A stretch of DNA of 64,000 nt from an uncultured archaeon (GCA_964558645.1 CAZLEV010000005.1:1-64000); one strand, 5' to 3'. Shown: positions 29,178 through 38,300, numbered from the stretch's first letter. Numbers and translations are program-made. Notes: generated by a model from the sequence alone, not told the origin.

Positions 29178-30343
29178 CAGTAAATCTTTACAGGATATGT
29201 TGCTGTTTCTATTGACCTAGAACCATAAAGGACTTCAACACGGATTGTCGCCTTTCCAGGGATGTCCACCATGGGGGTCAAACGCAGCTTGAGAATCCGA
29301 TCGCTTCGCGGTGCAATGTCATGGCTCTCATTTGTAACCTCGGAAACGCCTTCGGAGGTGACCAGAGATATGATTATCCGTATCCCCACGGTGGTCCTGC
29401 TAGGATTCTTCGCACGGACCTCATAATTGAAGGCCCTTCCTGGAAGAATGGCCGAAGGCATATCTCCAAGGTCCACCTCAACTCCAAGGCGATCATGGCT
29501 CAAAGGACGACCTCGTGGCCACCGTGAGATTTTACCTAGTTCCAGCAGACGCGACAATGAGGTCTTCATCTCTCTCAGTTCCATTCCGAGTTGAGCGGCC
29601 GCGTCACCGATATCAAAGGAACCATCATTAGCTCGGTAGATGCCAAGTACTCGTCTATCGCTCTCGATAAGATCACTCACCCCCTCAAGAATCTCAAGGA
29701 TGGCTGCGGGCAGCTGATGAGCCTCCACCAGAGAGTAGTATTTCCCGCCTTCAATGGCTTCTGCTATAGATCTGAATGACTCCTCAACCAACGGATTGCA
29801 TCCACAGGCAAACAGGAAGAAACTTGTTCCATGCTCTCGTTTCATCTTCCTGACCTCGTCCCTCGGATCCAAGCCTTCGGGACAACCATCCGGCCAATGG
29901 TCGTCCCCCAAGCTGTTGTAGTTTCTTCCGTGAGGAGGAGCATCACCGACCAGGAGCAAGATTTTGTATGCTTCACGCGTCCAGCTCAGCTCTCTTCTCG
30001 CATCGGCAAGCCCATCAGCAACAGCTTCAGGAGTATCGCCACCCTCGGACGGATTCAGTCGGCCAATTCGACGGTGAATGTCCTTCACATTGTCAGTGAA
30101 ATCGAAGACATCAGTCACATAGGTTCTATCCTCAGGAGGATGATCCCTGTACGATACTATAGCAAAGCGAATCTCCAGTTCTGAAGTCTTCTTCACGATA
30201 TCATCGACGATGTCGAACAGACTGTCGCGCACTGCGTTGATGTCGTCTTTCATGGACCCGGTCGTGTCAACAACAAATGCAACCTCTAGACGTGTTAGTG
30301 GCAGCCTCGAATCACTCCTACTAGTATACTCCATGAGCAGCAA
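29177..30343 (-). CDS. vWA (VwkA/hemicentin-like subtype) plus winged-helix plus Ig-like domain protein
   Basis: 'FVVDTTGSM', 'YRDH', 'GGDTPEAV', 'VGDAPPH'; wHTH 'IGDAAAQLGMELREMKTSLSRLLELGKI'; C-terminal beta-sandwich. Confidence 0.85.
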   Translation of the reverse strand: MLLMEYTSRSDSRLPLTRLEVAFVVDTTGSMKDDINAVRDSLFDIVDDIVKKTSELEIRFAIVSYRDHPPEDRTYVTDVFDFTDNVKDIHRRIGRLNPSEGGDTPEAVADGLADARRELSWTREAYKILLLVGDAPPHGRNYNSLGDDHWPDGCPEGLDPRDEVRKMKREHGTSFFLFACGCNPLVEESFRSIAEAIEGGKYYSLVEAHQLPAAILEILEGVSDLIESDRRVLGIYRANDGSFDIGDAAAQLGMELREMKTSLSRLLELGKISRWPRGRPLSHDRLGVEVDLGDMPSAILPGRAFNYEVRAKNPSRTTVGIRIIISLVTSEGVSEVTNESHDIAPRSDRILKLRLTPMVDIPGKATIRVEVLYGSRSIETATYPVKIY

Positions 30344-30412
30344 TTAAGCATTTGCAGATGAGAATGGAGAGAGTTTTAATAGCGGACTCCTGTTATCACC
30401 TTCGGTGGAATC

Positions 30413-30790
30413 ATGAGCGAGAGTGATGTTGATATCATACTTGAGTTTGAAGAGGGGCTTAAGCTCGATGTAGTACTCGACAGGGTTCTTGCCCCCCTGA
30501 TTATCGAGGAGATGAAGGCAAAGATGCCTATTCAAGGAAAGGCAGCCTTCATCAAGGGCGAGATGAAAATCACTCTGGGAATCGGGAAAGGTAATGTAAA
30601 GGCGACAAAGGAAGTCAAGAGGGGACAGGTAGCATACATGCCCCTCGGGGACTCGCTTTGCATTTATGTGAAGGACATGAAGACCTTCAGCCCCGTCAAC
30701 GTGCTTGGCTATGTAAAACCGCCCGATGATCTGTTAGATAATCTGGAAAGCGTTCGTCGGGGAAGTCAAGTCATAATCAAAATGCAATAG
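30413..30790 (+). CDS. Cyclophilin-like fold protein (DUF369/TM1367-like)
   Basis: 'APLIIE...MP', 'VKRGQVAYMPLGDSLCIY', 'SPVNVLG'. Confidence 0.8.
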   Translation: MSESDVDIILEFEEGLKLDVVLDRVLAPLIIEEMKAKMPIQGKAAFIKGEMKITLGIGKGNVKATKEVKRGQVAYMPLGDSLCIYVKDMKTFSPVNVLGYVKPPDDLLDNLESVRRGSQVIIKMQ

Positions 30791-31342
30791 TCACATCTTC
30801 TGTATGCTTCTCAGTATCTCACGACTGTCATCGCATTCCGTTTCAGTCGGATCCACAGTCATGCCCGGTTGCTCAGCCTCAATCAGTACCTCCATCCCTG
30901 AATCCACCACTCTCTTGAAACCAGATCCCGAATGGCATCGTACACGGAGCTGAGTGGTATTGAACTGTGTCTTGTCAGTCTTCTCGACAGGCACCCCATC
31001 ATGCTTGAAGCTGCTACGTATGTTTCTGAGTTGCTGTTTCTGTTCAGCCACCTGAACCTGGAGTTCTCGCTTCGCGGTAAGAACCTCATCGAGTTGCTCT
31101 CGAACGATATCATATTCACTTCGTGGAATGTAATCTTCGAAACGATCAATCCACGTGATAGTTGTGCCATCGAACTTGCGTGTCGTTGAGACGGTTCCCA
31201 ATGCTCTTAGCACAGCTACAACATCATAGATTCTTCTCTTGGGGACATCAAGAAACTCAGCGACCTCGTCGCTACGAATACCATCATCCCCACTCTCCTT
31301 CAGTATCCTAACTGCCTCCCGGGCGAGAGTCACAAGTTTCAC
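30791..31342 (-). CDS. E2F/DP-like winged-helix transcription factor with coiled coil
   Basis: 'EVAEFLDVPKRRIYDVVAVLRALG...ITWID', then a heptad coil and a DP-like 'DDSREILRSI' tail. Confidence 0.8.
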   Translation of the reverse strand: MKLVTLAREAVRILKESGDDGIRSDEVAEFLDVPKRRIYDVVAVLRALGTVSTTRKFDGTTITWIDRFEDYIPRSEYDIVREQLDEVLTAKRELQVQVAEQKQQLRNIRSSFKHDGVPVEKTDKTQFNTTQLRVRCHSGSGFKRVVDSGMEVLIEAEQPGMTVDPTETECDDSREILRSIQKM

Positions 31343-31436
31343 GGTTGCACCCCAGAATCCGCGCCTTTCTCAGACTAAGTCGAGCCGCGTCTAATCAGTA
31401 TCGCATATCTGAAACTTAAACCTTTGTGTTATATCC

Positions 31437-31510
31437 CGATTTTTCGAAGAGCTGCCCGCTAAATCCATTTGACGATTTATCGTAACATATTTCGATTATT
31501 CGATTTATTG
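31437..31510. promoter_or_regulatory. Four CGA-W4-T(C/T)G imperfect palindromes in a divergent promoter region
   Basis: CGATTTTTCG 31437, CGATTTATCG 31473, CGATTATTCG 31493, CGATTTATTG 31501. Confidence 0.5.
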
Positions 31511-31636
31511 AATATGAATCAGATTGATGCCCCTTAGATTGGAGACAATTTTAACTTCAATCTACTGTACCGCAAATTTATTAACGAGGCACCGGCGCAT
31601 GGTTATGTAGCATTAGCTGTTTTGGCGGCAATTACG

Positions 31637-32968
31637 ATGAGCAGAAAAAAAGTAATTATTATGGGCGCTGCAGGCCGTGATTTTCACAACTATTCCGTCT
31701 TTTTCCGAGATAATGAAGACTATGAAGTTGTGGCGTTTACTGCACAGCAGATTCCCGGGATTGGTGATAGGCACTATCCACCTGAACTCAGTGGAGACCT
31801 ATACCCAGACGGAATCAAGATCTACCCGGAGGAGAAGCTTCCGGAACTGGTGGAGAAACACAAGCCAGAGCAATGCATTCTTGCATATTCAGACCTTCCC
31901 TATGACTATGTTGGTCACAAGATTGCATGGGTCAACTCATTGGGACCAGACCTAAGGTTGATGGGTACAGAAACGACGATGCTTGAGAGCAAGAAGCCCG
32001 TTGTGGCAGTGTGTGCTGTTCGAACGGGATGCGGGAAGAGTCAGACTTCACGTCGTGTGAACCAGATTCTTGTTGACATGGGTCTGAAGCCGGTGAACAT
32101 CCGTCACCCGATGCCGTACGATCCCGACCTCACTACACAGATTGCCCAGCGCTACGAGAAGTTAGAGGACATGGACAAGTACAACTGCACAATCGAGGAG
32201 CGAGAAGAGTACGAGCCCATGATCAATATGGGAGTAATCCTCTACGCTGGCGTGGATTACGAGAAGATAATCAGACAGGCTGAAGAGGAGGCAGATATAA
32301 TCACATGGGATGGGGGAAACAATGACTTCCCATTCTACAAGCCGGATCTGTTGATAGTTCTTGTTGACCCACACAGACCAGGACACGAGACGTCATACTA
32401 TCCAGGCGAAACCAACCTAAGGATGGCAGATGTGGTCGTGATTAACAAGGTGGAGACAGCCGACTACGAGAACATAGAGAAGGTACGGGAGAACGTTCAG
32501 AGGGTCAATCCCGATGCTATCATTGTTGACGCGGCATCACCAGTGGGGGTCGAGGATATGTCGATCATACGAGGCAAGAGAGTTTTGGTAGTAGAAGATG
32601 GTCCAACTGTTACTCACGGCGACATGGCCTACGGGGCAGGATACATCGCAGCAAGGAAGGCTGGAGCCGAAATCGTCGACCCACGCCCCTTTGCAGTGGG
32701 CAGTATCAAGGACACCTTCGAGAAGTATACTCACCTTGAAAACGTTCTACCTGCCATGGGCTATGGCAAGGAACAGATGAAAGAGCTAGAGAAGACTATC
32801 GATAAGGCTGATGTAGATGCCGTTGTGATCGGAACTCCTATCGACTTGGCAAAACTGATTGATATCAAGAAGCCCAATACCAGAGTTCGGTATGACCTCC
32901 AAGAAATCGGAAAGCCGGACCTCGAAGACATTCTCAAGGAGTTCGTTGAGAAACACAATCTCAGATAA
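31637..32968 (+). CDS. COG2403 'predicted GTPase'/cyclic 2,3-diphosphoglycerate synthetase-like protein (arginine synthetase ArcE-type candidate)
   Basis: 'MGAAGRDFHN', 'AVRTGCGKSQ', 'RHPMPY', 'TIEEREEYE', 'WDGGNND', 'VEDGPT', 'LPAMGY'. Confidence 0.85.
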   Translation: MSRKKVIIMGAAGRDFHNYSVFFRDNEDYEVVAFTAQQIPGIGDRHYPPELSGDLYPDGIKIYPEEKLPELVEKHKPEQCILAYSDLPYDYVGHKIAWVNSLGPDLRLMGTETTMLESKKPVVAVCAVRTGCGKSQTSRRVNQILVDMGLKPVNIRHPMPYDPDLTTQIAQRYEKLEDMDKYNCTIEEREEYEPMINMGVILYAGVDYEKIIRQAEEEADIITWDGGNNDFPFYKPDLLIVLVDPHRPGHETSYYPGETNLRMADVVVINKVETADYENIEKVRENVQRVNPDAIIVDAASPVGVEDMSIIRGKRVLVVEDGPTVTHGDMAYGAGYIAARKAGAEIVDPRPFAVGSIKDTFEKYTHLENVLPAMGYGKEQMKELEKTIDKADVDAVVIGTPIDLAKLIDIKKPNTRVRYDLQEIGKPDLEDILKEFVEKHNLR

Positions 32969-32974
32969 TCAACT

Positions 32975-33012
32975 GCGATCCCGGGACAACTCCGGGATTG
33001 TTCTTTCTTTTC
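32975..33012 (+). terminator. Hairpin plus U-tract terminator
   Basis: ATCCCGG-N7-CCGGGAT followed by TGTTCTTTCTTTTC directly after the stop codon. Confidence 0.6.
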
Positions 33013-33090
33013 GGCGAGATGCATAAGAAGATGGTATATTAGCAACTGCATCACTATAACTCAACAGATAGTTATGAAGGAGACTGAAGA

Positions 33091-33474
33091 ATGACAGAGA
33101 TACCACTACCTGGAGATGCAACCAAACGGCCAGACAGAGAAAGACCTCTAGGTGTCAGCATTCTAGCCCTACTCCAATTCCTGCAGGCAATAACATTATT
33201 GCTGGTGGGTGTTGTTGTTCTGATTGGTGGAAGTATTATTCTACCGATTATTGGAACAGCTATAGGGGCGTTCATAGTGCTCATCGGCTTGTTCTCGTTC
33301 TATGTTGGTTTGGGCCTCTGGAACCTCCAATCTTGGGCCTGGATATGGGCAATGATAATGAATATCTTGGGAATCCTGATAGGTCTTATCACTGGCAGTA
33401 TCTGGGGCGTCTTGATCTCTTTGATCATCGTGATATATCTGAATACACCAGATACTAAGACCCTCTTCAGATAG
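33091..33474 (+). CDS. Small 4-TM membrane protein
   Basis: 'RPLGVSILA', 'GLWNLQSWAW', 'IYLNTP'; SD GAAGGAG upstream. Confidence 0.75.
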   Translation: MTEIPLPGDATKRPDRERPLGVSILALLQFLQAITLLLVGVVVLIGGSIILPIIGTAIGAFIVLIGLFSFYVGLGLWNLQSWAWIWAMIMNILGILIGLITGSIWGVLISLIIVIYLNTPDTKTLFR

Positions 33475-33544
33475 AAGCATAGGATTGCGCAATAGAGTGA
33501 GTGAGAAGCACCGCTCATGGTGCTCTCACTGACGGGTATTTTCT

Positions 33545-34516
33545 TTACCACCAATCTTGGGTCTGCTCGAGTTCAGTAGATTCTCTAGCTTCGAGATCTC
33601 GATATAGCACAGCCTGAAAGACAAAGTCGATCGGATTGAAGAACAAGGCTGCAACCAGAGAAGATGCTATGGAACTCCATTCTCCAAGGACTCCGGTTTC
33701 ATTGAGGAGGAAAGCAATTACGGCCCCTAGCATGCCGATAAGGATACCAAGGAGTACACGAGCACCCACAATGTGCCAGAAGTTGCCGCCTGTGAGACCC
33801 CAAGCCCTCTTGACTGAGTCTATTGCCCCACTATTCTCCGCAACACAGACAGCTAGTGCTGGAGACAATCGGACATTCACATAGACGACGACTATCAATG
33901 ATCCGATAATTGCCACCAAAGCTACCAGAAGAAGCTCGATAGATACTTGCTGCCCGACAATGACCAAGAACAAGATACCGAAGGTGAAGAGAATCCCCGG
34001 TAAGAAAATAGCCAGGGAGATAAGTCCGACTACGAGCTGTACACCAATCAATGGAGCTATTCGAGACATGGAATACGATAAACCATCGCTTACTGAGCTA
34101 GAACCAGGATCTGCGTAATCGGATAGAGTGAGGCGAATTGCTGCCCCTGCAGAAGCAGCAAAGATGATCATACCTGCAACCATCAGGATAAGCAAGATGG
34201 CTGCGCTCTGCTCGGGGTCTACAGCAAAGAGCAATAGGTTCAGTACCACGCTGAGTGGGTCCGTTGCCACCAGATCGATTAGATCGAGCGCCTGAGATGG
34301 GAATGTAATCCACAGAACTGCATAACTCAGCAGCGTATACATTATTCCAAGCAATCCTATCAGGAGGATATATTCTAAGATCCGTCGTCCGTACATAGAA
34401 AGCGTCCTTGAAACAAGACCTATCGCGGAAAGCCTATACTCTCTTGGAGCGTAATCAACGGGTCTCGCACCCGGGCTCGGTTCTAGTGCCACTTTTGCTC
34501 GCCTCTCTGTATCCAA
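33545..34516 (-). CDS. Multi-TM membrane protein (GPDPase membrane-anchor-like)
   Basis: 'AIDSVKRAWGLTGGNFW', 'VLYRDL'; 6 TM segments. Confidence 0.65.
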   Translation of the reverse strand: MDTERRAKVALEPSPGARPVDYAPREYRLSAIGLVSRTLSMYGRRILEYILLIGLLGIMYTLLSYAVLWITFPSQALDLIDLVATDPLSVVLNLLLFAVDPEQSAAILLILMVAGMIIFAASAGAAIRLTLSDYADPGSSSVSDGLSYSMSRIAPLIGVQLVVGLISLAIFLPGILFTFGILFLVIVGQQVSIELLLVALVAIIGSLIVVVYVNVRLSPALAVCVAENSGAIDSVKRAWGLTGGNFWHIVGARVLLGILIGMLGAVIAFLLNETGVLGEWSSIASSLVAALFFNPIDFVFQAVLYRDLEARESTELEQTQDWW

Positions 34517-34560
34517 GTGTATTCCAGTTATATCATCTGCGAAGAGGGATGCGAGGGCTA

Positions 34561-36153
34561 TTAGGCCGGCTTAGGCCGGACATCCGATATCTCCATGAAC
34601 TTCATCCCACCAGCCTTCTCCATCAACTGCTCAAATGGCATGATGAAGACACTAGGAGTCACTTCTGTCGAGTTCTTGGTAATCCGCTTGATTTCGGAAA
34701 TCAAGGAATCGTAGTTGGCGTCAGCTGAACCCGTAGGCGCCACATATACATTGAGAACATCCATGCTGTATGGATCGTCCATGTCTTCCTTTGCAATCTC
34801 TACTTGGATCTCTTCTACCTCTCCTAGTTGGAGAAGATCGCTCCGCAATGCCGTAAGGTTGACGGTTGCACCCTTGACCTTCTTTTCGCTAAGGCCCATG
34901 ATTTCAATCTGAGCTTGGGCATCGTTCTGTCGACCGATGTCCCAGAAGAAGGGGCCATCCATACCACACATGGGGCACCTACCGTTCTCGTGTCGTGAAG
35001 CAACATCACCCAATAGGAACCCTTCGAAGATTGTACCGGTGCCATCGAGATGGAACAATGTGACATGACCAGACTCATCTTCATCCACGAACTCCCAGCT
35101 CCCGTCATCATTGACCCTGACAAACTCGAACGAGAGCATCAGAGGACTGACATTGTGGTATGGGCCATCGTAGCAACACTGAACTCCAAAGGATATCTTA
35201 CTCTCAGATGAGGCATAGCCACCGATGACGCGCACTTCCTTAGCACCTTTGCTCTCAAGAGTCTGTACCATATCATCAACCACCGGACCGTAAATCTTCT
35301 CGCCTGCAAGGAGAAGAACTACCTTCTCCGGAGCCTCATAGTCTGCCTCTTTCATCTCTCGGAAGAATCGATTTCGTAGATATGAAGGCATGCCCGCAAA
35401 ACCATTTACATGGAAACCCTTGGCTATCTCAACAAGCTTCGCGCTTGGAATAGCACCGCCTGCACTGGTGGCGACATAGAATTTCGACATCTGCTTCAGG
35501 CCAAGGTTCACAGCGTGCCATCCAAGATGCGGCGCGTATGGAAATAGATTCATGCTGATAAGCTCCCAACCGTCAGCAACCCACGGGTCAACAGCCATCT
35601 GCCCCACCTTGACACAGTTCTTGAACAACAAGTCATTATCATGACGTGTAAGGAACACAGGAGCAGGTAGACCTGATGCTCTACCCGAACTCAGCCAGAA
35701 CTGGAGAGGGGCATAGTTGTAGGTCAGACGTTCCTTAATTCGGCCCATCGCAGCCTCAGCACCAATCTTCAGTTTTGTCTTGATGCCATTGTTCCGTAGC
35801 ATCTTGTACTGCTCATCATAACCTGCAGCCTTGGAGTAAGCCATCACGTTTCTAACAATCTCGGCTGGAGAACGGTCCTGACCATCCACCTCCGAGGGAT
35901 TGAGCACAAACTCCCTGAGGTTGTCTTTATAGTCAACCTTCCTGACAAGTGGAATCTGGTATTTCTCCCAGTCTTCGATGCATGTGATACTGAATGGGTC
36001 AATATCATTCTCCTTGAAAAGACGCCGATAATAGGGATGATTAGGCCAGACCTGATAGCGAATGAAGGCCTTGAACTTCTTGTCTTGGAGTTCTTTTATC
36101 TCTCTATGATTCGTTCTCTTCAGTTCCTTGAACGTAAACGTGGTCTTGGTCAT
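34561..36153 (-). CDS. Phenylacetate-CoA ligase (PaaK)-like adenylate-forming enzyme
   Basis: 'HPYYRRLF', 'SSGRASGLP', 'GMPSY', 'YASSE', 'GD', 'KVKGATV'; SD GGAGG before ATG 36153. Confidence 0.7.
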   Translation of the reverse strand: MTKTTFTFKELKRTNHREIKELQDKKFKAFIRYQVWPNHPYYRRLFKENDIDPFSITCIEDWEKYQIPLVRKVDYKDNLREFVLNPSEVDGQDRSPAEIVRNVMAYSKAAGYDEQYKMLRNNGIKTKLKIGAEAAMGRIKERLTYNYAPLQFWLSSGRASGLPAPVFLTRHDNDLLFKNCVKVGQMAVDPWVADGWELISMNLFPYAPHLGWHAVNLGLKQMSKFYVATSAGGAIPSAKLVEIAKGFHVNGFAGMPSYLRNRFFREMKEADYEAPEKVVLLLAGEKIYGPVVDDMVQTLESKGAKEVRVIGGYASSESKISFGVQCCYDGPYHNVSPLMLSFEFVRVNDDGSWEFVDEDESGHVTLFHLDGTGTIFEGFLLGDVASRHENGRCPMCGMDGPFFWDIGRQNDAQAQIEIMGLSEKKVKGATVNLTALRSDLLQLGEVEEIQVEIAKEDMDDPYSMDVLNVYVAPTGSADANYDSLISEIKRITKNSTEVTPSVFIMPFEQLMEKAGGMKFMEISDVRPKPA

Positions 36154-36218
36154 TCGACAGCCTCCGAACTGATTTTCGACACTCTGAACGCTCGAATGAA
36201 ACGCCAATAATAAACGTT

Positions 36219-36767
36219 TTGAGTGATGTTGTCATGACCGTATTCGAAGGTAGTAAGCTCTTTACAGTAGAAAGTCATAATAATGCTGTAGACTTTCTCA
36301 ACAGGTTGAGGTTCGCCTTTAGGAGTGCAGCAGTGTTGAGTGAGACCGACGAGAAGCTACAGAAAGGCATCATCGAGTTGGATAAAGGGAATGAGAAGAA
36401 GGCTTTTGGTTACTTCAAAGAGGTTTTTGAGAGCAGACAGGACCGTCTAATCAGGAAGGTCCAGGAGAATCCTAAATCGCCCACGCTGATGCTGGACTCG
36501 CTCTACATGATCCACGCACTTGTCTGGCTAAGGGTAGCGGAGGCCGGAATGAAACCAAAAGACGCACTTGAACTGCTCGGGAAGGCTGTCGGAACAGTTG
36601 AGTCTGCGCGGACAGCACTCGCACCATTGGTCACTGGTCTTGCTCAATGGGCCAATGAGAAGAACATCACGGTTGTTCAGAACAAGGCACTGGGACTTCT
36701 TGCTGCAACCAAAGACCTTGAAGAAATGGCCAAAAAGGCCCTCGACGCGCAACGAAGAATGAAATAG
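36219..36767 (+). CDS. Hypothetical helical protein
   Basis: 182-aa ORF, alpha-helical and TPR-like character. Confidence 0.65.
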   Translation: MSDVVMTVFEGSKLFTVESHNNAVDFLNRLRFAFRSAAVLSETDEKLQKGIIELDKGNEKKAFGYFKEVFESRQDRLIRKVQENPKSPTLMLDSLYMIHALVWLRVAEAGMKPKDALELLGKAVGTVESARTALAPLVTGLAQWANEKNITVVQNKALGLLAATKDLEEMAKKALDAQRRMK

Positions 36768-36892
36768 AGCTACTTCGCTCTTCTTGTTGCTGGCCATGAG
36801 CTGATGTCTTGCCCTCAGGACAAGTTTAGTAAAGGTATGAAACAGCATTTAGAGCGTGCAGACTCTTTGCAAGAGAAGGGGTTTTGTGTATT

Positions 36893-37138
36893 ATGATCAC
36901 TGCGTTTGTGAGTATGTCAGTCACACCAGGTTCAGATGAGGAGATAGTCAAAGACTTCGTCAAGCACGACGTCGTGGATGAAGCGTGGCTGACCACAGGA
37001 GAGTTTGATGTGCTTCTGATTATGAAAAGCGAAGACGCAGAAACGATAAACGAGTTTGTGAACAACGAAGTCAGGGGCACAGAAGGAGTACTAAGAACTG
37101 TGGTGACATTTGGAATCCAATCACTCAGACATGATTAG
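36893..37138 (+). CDS. Stand-alone Lrp/AsnC ligand-binding (RAM) domain
   Basis: 'TTGEFDVLL', 'GVLRTVV'. Confidence 0.85.
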   Translation: MITAFVSMSVTPGSDEEIVKDFVKHDVVDEAWLTTGEFDVLLIMKSEDAETINEFVNNEVRGTEGVLRTVVTFGIQSLRHD

Positions 37139-37473
37139 CGCTTGTTCATCTCTTCTGCCCATTCCCTTGCCGGGAATCGATTCTCCATGATCTCAAGTTC
37201 GCGAAGAATACTGTCTTCTACGTCCACGTTGAAGTGATTGGCAAGCTGGGTGAACAACGAGAATACTTGAGCGAACTCTCGCGATATCGCCTCACTGTCC
37301 GGCGCCTCATGACCTAGGCCAATCACCTTGTATCCTTCTTCAACTGTGATGTGCCGAGATATCTCACCTAGCTCCTCGACCAGATGGGCGAAGACCTGCG
37401 AAGCAGGAAACTTCTGCCAACCCCGCTCTTCATTGAACTGTTGGATTCTCTCTTGAATCTCCTTGAGATGCAT
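37135..37473 (-). CDS. MazG-like nucleotide pyrophosphohydrolase
   Basis: 'ERGW', 'LVEELGEI', 'EFAQV', 'LANHFNVD', 'RFP'. Confidence 0.8.
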   Translation of the reverse strand: MHLKEIQERIQQFNEERGWQKFPASQVFAHLVEELGEISRHITVEEGYKVIGLGHEAPDSEAISREFAQVFSLFTQLANHFNVDVEDSILRELEIMENRFPAREWAEEMNKR

Positions 37474-38181
37474 TTACTTCATCCTCTTTATGATTTCCAT
37501 AACCTGAGCTCGAGCCTGAGCAAGGTGTTTCTCGGAAGGCTGGTCAAGCATTCCTAAGGGGGTAGACTCGGAGAGTGGTTCACCACCCAGAAACATTGCC
37601 TCACTTACACTATCCATCATCTCAACTGGAGGAAGAACTGCACATGCTAAAATGAACGATGTCTTGACTGTAGAGATGTTTGTGATAATACTCCAGATTC
37701 TCTTTCCGTCTGTACATCGGCACTCTGTCAGGTTAGATGCGCCAGCAACAGGTTTCACCTGACTTACCTCCACCGCCAAGATATCAACGGCATGCCCCGG
37801 ATCATCATCGTACTGTTTCAAACGTCTCTGAAACCCCTTGGCTACACGCATGCAGTAGTTCATCTCTGCATGGATAAGTCGGTCTCTTGTCGTCTTGGGT
37901 TTGAAACCTGTAGTTGAAGCCGCATCATCATATCGTTCCCCTATCTCCGTGACTGCACTGACCATCTGCTGTGTAGCATCCAAGTTAGCAAGCTCTGGCG
38001 CAGGAAGATAAGAATACTTCACCTCATAGAGGAAGCGACCTGCTCTGCTCAGAAGTTCAGCGAGATTGGAGTAGTCTATATGCATCTTCAGCTTCCTATT
38101 TCCAATTATGTCATTGAGCCTCGCAAGAGACTCCTCCAGAACTAGCACTCGCGCGTCCTTTGCAGTGTCCAAGGAAGTCAC
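37474..38181 (-). CDS. Archaeal RNA-binding protein with C-terminal EMAP/tRNA-binding OB fold (COG2517-like)
   Basis: 'YEVKYSYL', 'AVDIL', 'IITN', 'AVLPPVEMMDSVSEAMF'. Confidence 0.75.
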   Translation of the reverse strand: MTSLDTAKDARVLVLEESLARLNDIIGNRKLKMHIDYSNLAELLSRAGRFLYEVKYSYLPAPELANLDATQQMVSAVTEIGERYDDAASTTGFKPKTTRDRLIHAEMNYCMRVAKGFQRRLKQYDDDPGHAVDILAVEVSQVKPVAGASNLTECRCTDGKRIWSIITNISTVKTSFILACAVLPPVEMMDSVSEAMFLGGEPLSESTPLGMLDQPSEKHLAQARAQVMEIIKRMK

Positions 38182-38300
38182 CGCCCATAATCTTCTTGAT
38201 GGGATAATAAGGCTAGCTCTTCAAATCAATAGAGCACACGAACTGATATATACCAAAATGCGATAATCGTAAGACAAGCCAGTGAGCGGAGACTAACTCA

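Noticed and set aside
31355-31630. Canonical E2F-site-like sequences (CCGCGCC at 31359; TTTTGGCGG near 31620)
   Set aside because: Short, imperfect matches expected by chance; the flanking T-tract orientation is wrong for the first
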